This document shows positions 1-10,842 of a stretch of DNA of 48,661 nucleotides, piece by piece. The position numbers and the translations under genes were made by a program. Within the stretch, counting starts at the first letter, position 1, and each line of letters opens with the position of its first letter. The stretch comes from Octopus bimaculoides (taxonomy: Eukaryota). The notes below the pieces were generated by a model. That model worked only from the letters and a program-made list of their open reading frames with translations, ran no database searches and was not told where the DNA came from. Location: contig NC_068983.1 of the NCBI RefSeq assembly GCF_001194135.2, forward strand, positions 15,796,359-15,845,019, in the 5' to 3' direction.

Positions 1-1160
1 GGACTCATACAAAGTTTGAATTGTTTCCAAAGGAATTTTTGTCCAGTGTTCAGCTAAAACAGTCTCTAGTTCTTGTAGTGATAATGGTGGAGGATATCGA
101 CTCCTTACTTGTTTTTCTAAAATGCACCATAAATGTTCAATAATATTGAGATCTGGGGATTGTGGTGGCCAGATAAGATGTTCAGCTTCCTCGTGCCATT
201 CAGTAACAACTTTAGCTGCCTGAATTGGAGCATTATCATCCTGAAAGATCGTTTCCCTCCGGAAACAGTTTCGCAACCATAAGATGAATTTGATCAGATA
301 AAATGCTTAAATAGTCGTGACTATTAATTCTGCCATGAAAGGAAACCATTGGGCCGGCGGATTTCCAAGATATAGCCCTCCAGATCATCACAGATCCTCC
401 TCCATGTTTAACAGTTGGAAGAAAGCAGTGTTGGTCAAATGCTTCTTTTGGTTGTCTCCAAACGTATACTTAGCCGATGGTCGGAAATAAGGTAAAGGAT
501 GACTCGTCCGAGAAAATAACATTCTTCTACTGCTCTAGAGACTAATGCTGTAGGTTTTTATTCCACTCTAAACACTTTGCAACGTTTGTTTTTGAAGCTA
601 GTGGTTTTCTGATTGTAGCCCTCCCGTGAAATCCGGCTTTGTGCAGCACTCGACGAACAGATTTTGTGGAAACTGGGTTTTCGAGGTGGTCATTAGACTC
701 TGCAGTAATTTTGGGAGATTTACTTTTGTAATCCTTTCTAACAATTCATGTAAGAGTCCGACGGTCCCTATCTGAAAGTTTTGGTTCTCTTCCGGAGTTT
801 TGTTTCGACGAGAAGGTTTTTCCCTCTTTCTCAAAGGCTGTCATTACTTTCGAGGCAGTACTTCTTGATGCACCAAACATTTCGGCTGTTTTTGTTACGC
901 TAGCGCCTGCCATACGAGTACCAACAATTTGACCTTTTTGAAAGTCCGATAGATCTGTCATTTTAATTAAATTTAATTACCTTTTTCTGATGAGAAACAG
1001 CAATTTCTGAAAAGAAACAGCGATTTTAGCAAAACATATTAAGCAACACTAATAATAAAGCAAAAAAAGAAAAAAACATAAAAAAAACAAGCTTTTGACG
1101 GTTTTATAGATATTTCAAAATTATGATGCTAGGTGTTTCCATTATTTTGTCCAACCCTTG
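1..1160 (-). mobile_element. Decayed Tc1-family DNA transposon (5' end to near C-terminus; runs off window start)
   Basis: Minus-strand ORF from 961: MTDLSDFQKGQIVGTRMAGASVTKTAEMF (Tc1 HTH), then with stops/frameshifts VIFSDESSF, TVKHGGGSVMIW, FQDDNAP, WPPQSPDLNIIEHLW (DDE motifs). Terminus CAAGGGTTGGACAAAATAATGGAAACACC starts at 1160, flanked by TA (1161-1162). Confidence 0.93.
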
Positions 1161-1389
1161 TAAATACATACATGCAAACATATATACACAGATGCTACAT
1201 ACATGAGGAAAGATAGTCATATATACATTCAAACATTTATATATATAGTCATAAGACATTCGTACACACACACGGCGATAACCCTGTAATTTTTGCCATC
1301 TGTTATTCTCTGTTCCTTATATCTGTGGGTGGGAGATTTTGTTGGTATTTTTAGCAACTTATTGATAAAGACTCCCTCGTTTGCCACTT

Positions 1390-1447
1390 TATGTGTGTGT
1401 GTGTATGCGTGTGTGTGTGTGTGTGTGTGCGAGTGTGCGCATGCGTG

Positions 1448-1496
<49 letters not shown>
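1390..1496. repeat. (GT)n microsatellite
   Basis: Directly visible; source of the poly-CV / poly-HT ORFs in the track. Confidence 0.95.
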
Positions 1497-1500
<4 letters not shown>

Positions 1501-1962
1501 CCAGATATACAAGGAATGGCATCGAATACTTTGAGTCTCATTTGCTTGCGCTTGAGATCATGGTGCTTTCACATTCCCGAGGCTGCAGCCCACATTGGCA
1601 CTCAATATCTTGTCCTGGCTTGTCTCCGGATCATGTCAGTTGGATTGAGAGGATCTGTGAGATACTGTGCAAGCCTTATTAGACCTGAAGTTTTAGTTTG
1701 TCTAATCGCCGGCGAGGCGGCTTTCCGATGGCCGGTCGTGTAGGAAGGCACTGCGGCGAGTATGGAGGCCACGAGCGCGAACTCGGGTGAAGCCGACTGC
1801 GGATGCAATAAATAACCTCATGCACGAGAATTATTGGCATTTTCATGGGCAATGATCAGTTATGGTCTTCCTCGTCACCAGTGGACAGCTATCATCATCA
1901 CGTATGTATGTATGTATGTATGTATGTATGTATGTACGTATGTATGTATGTATGTATGTATG

Positions 1963-2098
1963 TTATCAATCAGTTTCATTTCTGTATTTCTTGTCCATAG
2001 AGAAAGAGCCGGACTCTAACATAGATTCAAGGCTCCTTCATTGGAACTTTTATCAACATCATCTAGGTATTTGTGCATATGTGTGTGTGTGCAGGGTT
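1963..2098 (-). mobile_element. 3' UTR fragment of the R4/Dong-like LINE family, between (TATG)n arrays
   Basis: Reverse complement (ttccaatgaaggagccttgaatctatgttagagtccgg) resembles 8985-9025, the tail of the LINE fragment at 8578. Confidence 0.55.
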
Positions 2099-4364
2099 AT
2101 GTATGTATGTATGTATGTATGTATGTATGTATCTATCTATATTTAGTCAAAAACACGTACGCGCAATTGTATATACTGTTCTTGGGCTTAGCAAAGATTT
2201 TCAACAAAATTGGTCAATACAGTCGACCCCAGTACTTGACTGGTACTTATTTTATCGACCTCGCAAAGATGAAAGGTCGCCACCTTATTTTTTATCTCTA
2301 ATAACAAATTCTCAGAAACAAAGCTCATGTCACCTTATACTTATGCCAGGGTACAAATTCAATTAAGAGGATATTCTTTGATAGACATCGACATATGTCA
2401 ATCTTACAGCCCCTCATTTCCTGTCTTATCGAAAATTAAAGTTCTAAAATGAATTGTAATAACATTTTAAAAACATTTGCACACGGCACAAGAATGCATT
2501 GTTATGCAGTTAGTTTCATATTATTAAGAACTAACGGGACCTGTGATTATTTCACGGAATTAATGGTAAACCTATTGGGTTATCTCAGAAAACTTTATCC
2601 AAAAAACTTGAAAGCGTTGCCTGTGCTGTGTCTGTATGGAAAGACAGTCGCTCATCTGCTATTCATTGAAAAGTGAAAGAAATTGGAATACAATGATTCT
2701 TAATGCGTCTTATATACACTTTATATACTTTATTCACAATTTTATAGACTTAATACACAGCATTCTTAAAATAAATATTCACTCTTATTTTTCCATTTTT
2801 TTTCCATAGACAAAACGAAAACAAAAACAAAAAAGCTATCCCGTACATATGATACAACCTTTAGTTAAATTGCATATATCTGCTACGTAAATAAGCGTGA
2901 ATGTTTCACGGAATTGCACTTATACGCATGCGTTAAGTGATAAGTGATATAANNNNNNNNNNNNNNNNNNNNNNNNNNNNNNNNNNNNNNNNNNNNNNNN
3001 NNNNNNNNNNNNNNNNNNNNNNNNNNNNNNNNNNNNNNNNNNNNNNNNNNNNNNNNNNNNNNNNNNNNNNNNNNNNNNNNNNNNNNNNNNNNNNNNNNNN
3101 NNNNNNNNNNNNNNNNNNNNNNNNNNNNNNNNNNNNNNNNNNNNNNNNNNNNNNNNNNNNNNNNNNNNNNNNNNNNNNNNNNNNNNNNNNNNNNNNNNNN
3201 NNNNNNNNNNNNNNNNNNNNNNNNNNNNNNNNNNNNNNNNNNNNNNNNNNNNNNNNNNNNNNNNNNNNNNNNNNNNNNNNNNNNNNNNNNNNNNNNNNNN
3301 NNNNNNNNNNNNNNNNNNNNNNNNNNNNNNNNNNNNNNNNNNNNNNNNNNNNNNNNNNNNNNNNNNNNNNNNNNNNNNNNNNNNNNNNNNNNNNNNNNNN
3401 NNNNNNNNNNNNNNNNNNNNNNNNNNNNNNNNNNNNNNNNNNNNNNNNNNNNNNNNNNNNNNNNNNNNNNNNNNNNNNNNNNNNNNNNNNNNNNNNNNNN
3501 NNNNNNNNNNNNNNNNNNNNNNNNNNNNNNNNNNNNNNNNNNNNNNNNNNNNNNNNNNNNNNNNNNNNNNNNNNNNNNNNNNNNNNNNNNNNNNNNNNNN
3601 NNNNNNNNNNNNNNNNNNNNNNNNNNNNNNNNNNNNNNNNNNNNNNNNNNNNNNNNNNNNNNNNNNNNNNNNNNNNNNNNNNNNNNNNNNNNNNNNNCAA
3701 TGCAATCGCTCGAAAATGCCAATGATAAACAATACATACTGAATATTTCGTTTTTAAGGAGTATTGGAAGAATATCACATGTGAAAAAAGGTATTCTAAG
3801 CAATGCAGCAGGACAGAAAGAGGCTCCAACATGGGCAAACTGCAGCTAGCGGGTCTTTCTAAATGGCATGCCTAAACGAAAAGTTACCTTGAATTTTTTA
3901 GTTGTGTAGCTCACCCGATGATGAGCCATGTCTTATGTAGCCCGCTTCTCGAGAAAAGTTGCCCATGCTGCCTAGCTTGGCGCTTGATCTTCCCGAAATA
4001 ACAGTGAAATCTGTCTCAAATGACGGATGGTGATCAAAGCATTTGGTTATGGGTGTGCTCGATCAGAGCTGACCAGGGGCTAAACAACAATGACAAATAA
4101 TTCCGTGAAGCTGAAACTGATTTCTTTGGTGGAAGAGAGTTATTTTATATAGAAGTCCCATAATTTTAGTCAAATTAAGTACATAAGAAAACATTCATAA
4201 ATATAGAAATGTCTAAAGACATTTTGAAGACGAGTAAGTTAATTCTAACGAGTTGTTGACTGAATTGTAAAGAAGCCATTTTGTTTATTTATAAGTTGTG
4301 TTTGTATTTCACTGAAAACCCCAACAAAAGAAAACAAAAGCCCAAATAAACTTTAAGCAATAAA

Positions 4365-4417
<53 letters not shown>

Positions 4418-4944
4418 NNNNNNNNNNNNNNNNNNNNNNNNNNNNNNNNNNNNNNNNNNNNNNNNNNNNNNNNNNNNNNNNNNNNNNNNNNNNNNNNNNN
4501 NNNNNNNNNNNNNNNNNNNNNNNNNNNNNNNNNNNNNNNNNNNNNNNNNNNNNNNNNNNNNNNNNNNNNNNNNNNNNNNNNNNNNNNNNNNNNNNNNNNN
4601 NNNNNNNNNNNNNNNNNNNNNNNNNNNNNNNNNNNNNNNNNNNNNNNNNNNNNNNNNNNNNNNNNNNNNNNNNNNNNNNNNNNNNNNNNNNNNNNNNNNN
4701 NNNNNNNNNNNNNNNNNNNNNNNNNNNNNNNNNNNNNNNNNNNNNNNNNNNNNNNNNNNNNNNNNNNNNNNNNNNNNNNNNNNNNNNNNNNNNNNNNNNN
4801 NNNNNNNNNNNNNNNNNNNNNNNNNNNNNNNNNNNNNNNNNNNNNNNNNNNNNNNNNNNNNNNNNNNNNNNNNNNNNNNNNNNNNNNNNNNNNNNNNNNA
4901 AGAGAAACTTTTTAGTATTTATCTTTATAAAGATGCGCACTCAA

Positions 4945-5365
4945 GTGCAGGCGTGGCTGTGTGGTAAAAAGCTTGCTTTCCAATCACATGGTTCCGGGTT
5001 CAGTCCCACTGCGTGGCACTTTGGGCAAGTGTCTTCTGCTATAGCTTCGGGCCGACCAAAGCCTAGTGAGTGGATTTGATGGACGGAGAGTGAAAGAAGC
5101 CCGCCGTATATGTTTATATATGTATTTATGTGTGTGTGTGTCTTTGTGTCTGTGTTTGATACGCCACCATCGCTTGAGAACCGATGTTGATGTGTTTATG
5201 TCCCGTAACTTAGCGGTTCAGCAAAAGAGAATATAGAATAAATACTAGGCTTACAAAGAATAAGTCCTGATGTTGATTTGTTCGACTAAACCCTTCAAGG
5301 CGGTGCTCCGACATGGCCGCAGTCAAATGACTGAAACAAGTAAAAGAATAAAAGAATAAAAGAAT
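4945..5365 (+). mobile_element. tRNA-derived SINE, family A, near full length
   Basis: Head ggcgtggctgtgtggtaa...gttccgggttcagtccc with A/B-box-like motifs; aligns by eye with 22107-22530; (AAAAGAAT)n tail. Confidence 0.85.
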
Positions 5366-5680
5366 ACATACAAACAAACAAACAAACAAAAAGAAACATA
5401 CATACATACATATAGTTTATGATGTGCTTTTCTACGACACTTTACCATTTGTATCAGAGTTCCATATTTACTGCACGCTAGACTTATAATCCGATACTGC
5501 TCATTTAAACAAATATAATGTTGCATATATTTACGGTTAGGCAATAACGAAAGGTAAAGTTCTCATTGCGATGTGATACCGTGTGCACTTCAATGACCTC
5601 TGAGAGTTGAGCCAGCAGAGTGCAAGCTCATATTTGAACCTCCCAAGTTGAGCAGGTCGAAAGATAGAGGCCAGATTAAT

Positions 5681-5701
5681 ATGAACCACCTCTTCTCAGA
5701 G
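5681..5701 (+). other. Candidate upstream exon end (ATG AAC CAC CTC TTC TCA GAG | GTAAAA)
   Basis: ATG plus 7 codons then a GT donor; phase 0 matches the next candidate exon. Short, so weak alone. Confidence 0.3.
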
Positions 5702-6063
5702 GTAAAAATGGGTTTGCACAGGGCCAACATCCTCAACTGGAAGAAAAAGCAAAGTTGTAAATGTGTTTTTTTTTTAATGTGCGGTGAGATTAAAGAATAA
5801 ATACAGTTAAACGTTAGCAGAAGGATCAGCCTACACATTTAAGTATAAAATTTACTTTTACAAAGAAATAGTTGACAGTGATTTCGAAGGCTAAAAAATT
5901 TCACAGGATGATTCGGAGTTACTACTAAGCCCCCACACGCACACACGCACGCACGCACGCAATATAATGAATGTCCATATTATAATGAACTGCTAAAAAT
6001 TGCTCTCCAGACGGTTTTTTCTGATAGTATTTATAATCTTGCTATCTTTTCTTCCATTCATAG

Positions 6064-6130
6064 CCAAAACCAATTCACAACTTGGGTGAACTTCATCTTA
6101 AAGCGGCCAAACGTATCGGATTCCTCGAAG
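6064..6130 (+). other. Candidate upstream exon (5' UTR/uORF or N-terminal extension)
   Basis: Acceptor tcttttcttccattcatag, donor GAAG|GTAAGC; 67 nt open as PKPIHNLGELHLKAAKRIGFLE, phase 0 to 1. Confidence 0.5.
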
Positions 6131-6167
6131 GTAAGCACTCTGAAACATATGCACAGGCATTGCTCTA

Positions 6168-8354
6168 GGACAGTTGCGTACTGAACATTTGCGTACCGTA
6201 CAGCTGCGTACCAGGCAATTGCGTCCCTGGACATTTGCGTCCCTGGACATTTGCGTCCCTGGACATTTGCGTCCCTGGACATTTGCGTCCCTGGACATTT
6301 GCGTCCCTAGACGAAATGCGTCCCTAGACAAATGCGTCCCTGGACAGTTGTGTTCTTATATTATTTTGAAATTTTATTTATCATTTTTTCATGTATATTT
6401 TCGTTTATTTGGAACAGTTGATTATCAAAACTAATTGTAAATAAACAACACATTTAATAACTCTAAACAAGAGAGTAGGTAATAATAAATGTTTAAATGA
6501 AGGAAGAAAAGAAATAAAAGAGTTTAAAATTTACAAGTTTATTTTTGTTTAAAAAACGAAAGCAGATTAACAATATAAAAAATATTTCAAGATTTAAAAA
6601 GTATTGTAGTTTCACAAATAAATCAAAAGGTGTGAATGTTGTGAGCTATTCTTTTCAAGAAATTTATCTTGTTTTCAGGAGTATACTTATCTAATAATAC
6701 CATGGTTCTCTTAGTTGCAGTTTTATTTTTTGACCGTACTAGAATTTCTCTTTGAAAGTTCCCTTTTTTCTTTAAGGCGTCACCTCCTTTTTCAGTGCTT
6801 CAATCAATTTCCAAATAGAGGGGTGTTGACACGATAAAGCGTTGTGTAATCCCTCTAAGATGTTATTAGATCTAGGCAACTGATTTATAACCCTTTCTCG
6901 AACATTCCAGTATTCGATAGAAAGAATAGGTTCCATCCTTATCCCTCTCGGGCCATCCTTATCCCTCTCTTGACCAATGTATGTCATTTCAAAATAGGCA
7001 GTAAATTCTGGAGGCATCACAGTTATCGGACAAGTCAGTAAAACCGTCGACAACGTCAACTAAAGGAAGAAATGATAATACGGAAAAACATCTAATTTTC
7101 AAATCGAATACTTCATCTTCTCTATACCGTTGTCTTAACCCTAGGCCACAGGTTTTCTTAAAAATAGACGCAGATAAATGAAAGAGACATGAACTTATTG
7201 TTACTTCTGGAAACTTTTCTACAAAACCTTTCTGAGTTCCTATTTCAAAGTCTGTCAACAAAGATTTTGGATTAAGTTGCGGTTTGAGTTGCAACAAATA
7301 TGTGAATAGACGAACATATGTTTCCTTTGTCTTACCTGGAAGAAGGGCAAAAACTCTGGGAATGCTAAACGTATCATCCTGGATATGGATACAATATAGC
7401 TCATAATATATTGATGGACTGATTTTAAGGTACCATCTGCGGCCCAGTTGGGAAAATTTATCAAATCTTCTAAGTCATCTTCCGTCGCAAATTTGATATT
7501 CTATTCTCGTCATCGGTGCCAGAATCAAATGCAAGGAACTTCTCTCCACTTGCAAGATAACAGTGGGACTCCGGTATCTCAAAATTATTCCATTGCTGTG
7601 GAATTGGTGGTGCGTTGAGTGCTTTTTGTCTCCATCGACGTACGTTTTTTCCTATTGATGATAATGAGGGTATGTGGGTAGTTGAAAACTGATCTCCATT
7701 AGGAATTGTAGCTCCAATAAGACTTCTTGCTGTTTCGCATACAAAAATTGAAGTAATTTTTAACTCAGATATAACTTCTTGTGCTCTAACTTTAGTAACT
7801 GAGGATCCATGGTTATGGTCATTACATCGTGTCGTGATTGAGTCATTCACTGTATGTACTCTTGCTTTGCAAGATCACTCTACACATCTCCAGTATGTTT
7901 CTGTTTTATTGGCGTTTTTCTTATGATAGTGGTAGCTGTAAGTTTCCTCAACAAATATCTTTCCACCAGTACTAGATTTTCTAAACCTATCCATGGGTTA
8001 TAAAATCCAGAATGTATTAGACGTTTACAGTTCGCATTGCTCAATTTAGCTTAAACTGCTTGCTTGAATTTCTTTTGCTTTAAAAATGAATATACCTTTT
8101 GTGTTGATGTACAATTGTGGTGACTGCCAATTTGATTAACGAGCTATAGCGAGCAACTGTTGGAAAGTATACTCCTGAAAAAATAAGTGTATTAAAAAAA
8201 AGTAAACGTGTAAAACATTTTTTTAATAATAATAAATTACCAGTTACGCATTTATTTGTTCAGGGATGCGTTTGTCTAGGGACGCAAATGTCCAGGGACG
8301 CAATTGTCTGGTACGCAGTAGTCCGGGACGCAAATGTCTAGTACGCAGCTGTCC
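6168..8354 (-). mobile_element. Decayed FLYWCH-MULE (Mutator-like) transposon with repeat-built TIRs
   Basis: Minus-strand pieces from about 7993: YHYHKKNANKTETYWRCVE*SCKARVHT...NDHNHG (FLYWCH finger); WAADGTLK, LLTDFEIG, SCLFHLS, LPRSNNILEGLHNAL (MULE DDE core). Inverted termini 6168-6348 and about 8260-8354. Confidence 0.9.
6220..6348 (+). repeat. 16-bp tandem array (TGCGTCCCTGGACATT) in the left MULE TIR
   Basis: 5 perfect plus 3 variant units, preceded by 3 degenerate 15-bp units; an inverted shorter array lies at 8260-8354. Confidence 0.95.
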
Positions 8355-8444
8355 GTCCACCCAAAGGCATACACATGAGCCAACACAGACAAAATGTGAA
8401 CATGTAAACGATATAGTTACAATGAATTATATTACTAAATATTA

Positions 8445-8577
8445 GTTTCGAATCTTGGCTGAAGGCCAATAAGTTCGGTGGGTGGTGTGGGGTAAGTCGA
8501 TTACATCAACCCCAGTTTTCAACTGGTACTCATTTTATTGATTCCGGAAGGATGAAAGACAAAGTCGACCTCGGTGG
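8445..8577 (-). mobile_element. SINE family B fragment
   Basis: gtcgattacatcaaccccag...gtact...gatgaaagacaaagtcgacctcgg matches the other family B copies. Confidence 0.75.
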
Positions 8578-9030
8578 AAACTGTGTACATTTGTGGAAAT
8601 CAGCTGCCTAGTGGATGTTATAAAGCTAAAAATATCAGCGAAAAAGAAAATACGCTGCACTATTGAACTGTTCAGATTACAAGTTCAGGTTTATACCTGT
8701 AATTATTAGGGCCCTGGGATATGTAACACTCTGCCTAAATACCAATCTTGAGAAATTAAGCTTCTCAAAACCAGAAAGGAGAAAGCTAATTCGAAGACTA
8801 CAGATCCAATCCATCACTGGAACTGCAAAAATCTGTAAAACTTTGCAGAAGTTTATCATTTAAATATATATGAGCATGTCTAGATATACGACTATATGCA
8901 TGAGAATACATACATAAAACATACAAATCTGCACATACATACATACATACATACATACAAACAAAAATATCCTGTTGATGTTGAATTCCAATGAAGGAAC
9001 CTTGGATTTAAGTTAGAAACCGGTTGTTTC
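8578..9030 (+). mobile_element. 5'-truncated non-LTR retrotransposon 3' end (R4/Dong-like, restriction-like endonuclease)
   Basis: VEISC...[61 protein letters not shown]; paralogous to 40508-40892; followed by (ATAC)n. Confidence 0.75.
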
Positions 9031-9585
9031 ATACATACATACATACATACATACATACATAAATACATACATTCATACACACATACATACTTACATACAT
9101 GCATGCAATGCTTGTAAGAAAATGATATGTAGAAATCTATTATAATTAGACATTCAATGTTGAAACATAAAAATACATTTTAATGAAGAATTGAGCAAAA
9201 GTGTAACGACAGCGTCATGTGACCTGCTAGAAATAACATCGACCAATAACTTAGCCATACCTAGGTGCCTTCAAAACTATTGAAAGGATGCAAGAGGCAA
9301 CGAAAATAGCAGCCAAATCTGATTTAAAGAAGACGGTGGATAATGTTCGTATGAGACGAGAATGACGGAATGTTATGTAGTTCTGTAGTTTGTTTTATCC
9401 TCATAGGCTAGGCTATACTGGAATAACGGCTTTAGACTAGAATGTTCCATCCTTTGTCTTTCTCCGTCTAATTCCAATGTTCTCTCCTATATCATCACTG
9501 GACATTCTGATATACGTGCTATCTCTCCATGGCCACAATTTAAGCGCATATCAGCATCGGTTTGCCCGATCGACGAGTTTCTGGG

Positions 9586-9655
<70 letters not shown>
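9586..9655. repeat. (TAC)n microsatellite
   Basis: Directly visible; gives the poly-Y/T/S ORFs. Confidence 0.95.
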
Positions 9656-9730
9656 TACATACAGACACACAAATACACGTCCACATACGCCTTACGTTAC
9701 TAAAAGTACATGTGCTTCCGTATTCTTCAG

Positions 9731-9794
9731 ATGCTTTTGAACGACTTCATTTGACTGAATTATCGGAAATTCTTGATGGCGGTATCCACCATCC
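9731..9794 (+). other. Candidate upstream exon (5' UTR/uORF or N-terminal extension)
   Basis: Acceptor cttccgtattcttcag, donor CC|GTAAGT; 64 nt open as (D)AFERLHLTELSEILDGGIHH(P), phase 1 to 2, continuing the frame of 6064-6130. Confidence 0.5.
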
Positions 9795-10014
9795 GTAAGT
9801 GGTTTTAATTTTCTCGCTACCATCTGTCAATATACGCTCTGTGTATGTGTATGTAATGTAATGTATGTGTATATGCATGCTTGTATGTATGTATGTATGT
9901 ATGTATGTATGTATGTATGTATGTATGTATGTATGTATGCATGCATGCATGTATTTTGTATGTATATGTATGTACGTATTTGTGTGTATGTATGTGTATG
10001 TATGCATGCATGAA

Positions 10015-10140
10015 GGCGCAGGCGTGGGTGTATGGTAAGAAGTTTGCTTCCCAACCACATGGTTTCGGGTTCAGTGTCTTCTACTATAGACCCGGGACGA
10101 CCAAAGCCTTGTGAGCTGATTTGGTAGACAGAAACTGAAA
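10015..10140 (+). mobile_element. SINE family A, 5' portion
   Basis: ggcgcaggcgtgggtgtatggtaagaagtttgcttcccaaccacatgg matches the 22107 head. Confidence 0.8.
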
Positions 10141-10786
10141 CAAACCCTGTATTTACCTATACATACATACATACATACATACATACATACATACATACAT
10201 ACATACATACATACATACTTGTATATATATATANNNNNNNNNNNNNNNNNNNNNNNNNNNNNNNNNNNNNNNNNNNNNNNNNNNNNNNNNNNNNNNNNNN
10301 NNNNNNNNNNNNNNNNNNNNNNNNNNNNNNNNNNNNNNNNNNNNNNNNNNNNNNNNNNNNNNNNNNNNNNNNNNNNNNNNNNNNNAGTGCCTTATAATTT
10401 AAACACACTCACCGGTAAAATTTCCACTTATTTCTTTTTTATTTTTCTAAAATTTTCGTTGCATCTTGCAACCTTTTCAATAATTTTGACTCTGTCCGTT
10501 ATTCACACTGCGTTCCTTTTTGTTTGTTTGTGTGCATGTGTGTGGGTTTATGTGTGTGCCTACACATGTATGTATGTATGTATGTATGTATGTATGTATG
10601 TATGTATGTATGTATGTATACATCAATGTATTGTATTAAGGCTTGTGGTTGAGCTTGCATGATTAGTAGTCCGGGGTTACTTCAGTGATGGAAAAAGAGA
10701 AGTGAAACTGGACCAAGGAGGTCATTAAATTAGCAACTTGTTATTATTTTTTTTTAGTCTCGTGACAGCTCTGATCTGGTAGACAT

Positions 10787-10842
10787 ATGACCAGAAGCTT
10801 TTCAACCATGACAATTCTGGCGATATTGCTGACACAATCTAC
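10787..10842 (+). CDS. Coding exon 1: signal peptide [18 protein letters not shown](T)
   Basis: ATG 10787 (alternative ATG 10808), hydrophobic stretch, donor AC|GTAATG phase 2; acceptor tttttttag ends at 10757. Confidence 0.68.

Noticed and set aside
6065-6130. Alternative frame QNQFTTWVNFIL resembling the start of a calponin-homology domain
   Set aside because: Only about 12 residues, with no continuing CH exons and a phase that does not fit the neighbouring candidate exons.
6220-6348. CRISPR-like regular repeat array
   Set aside because: The units are contiguous with no unique spacers, the context is eukaryotic, and it is explained as a MULE terminal array.
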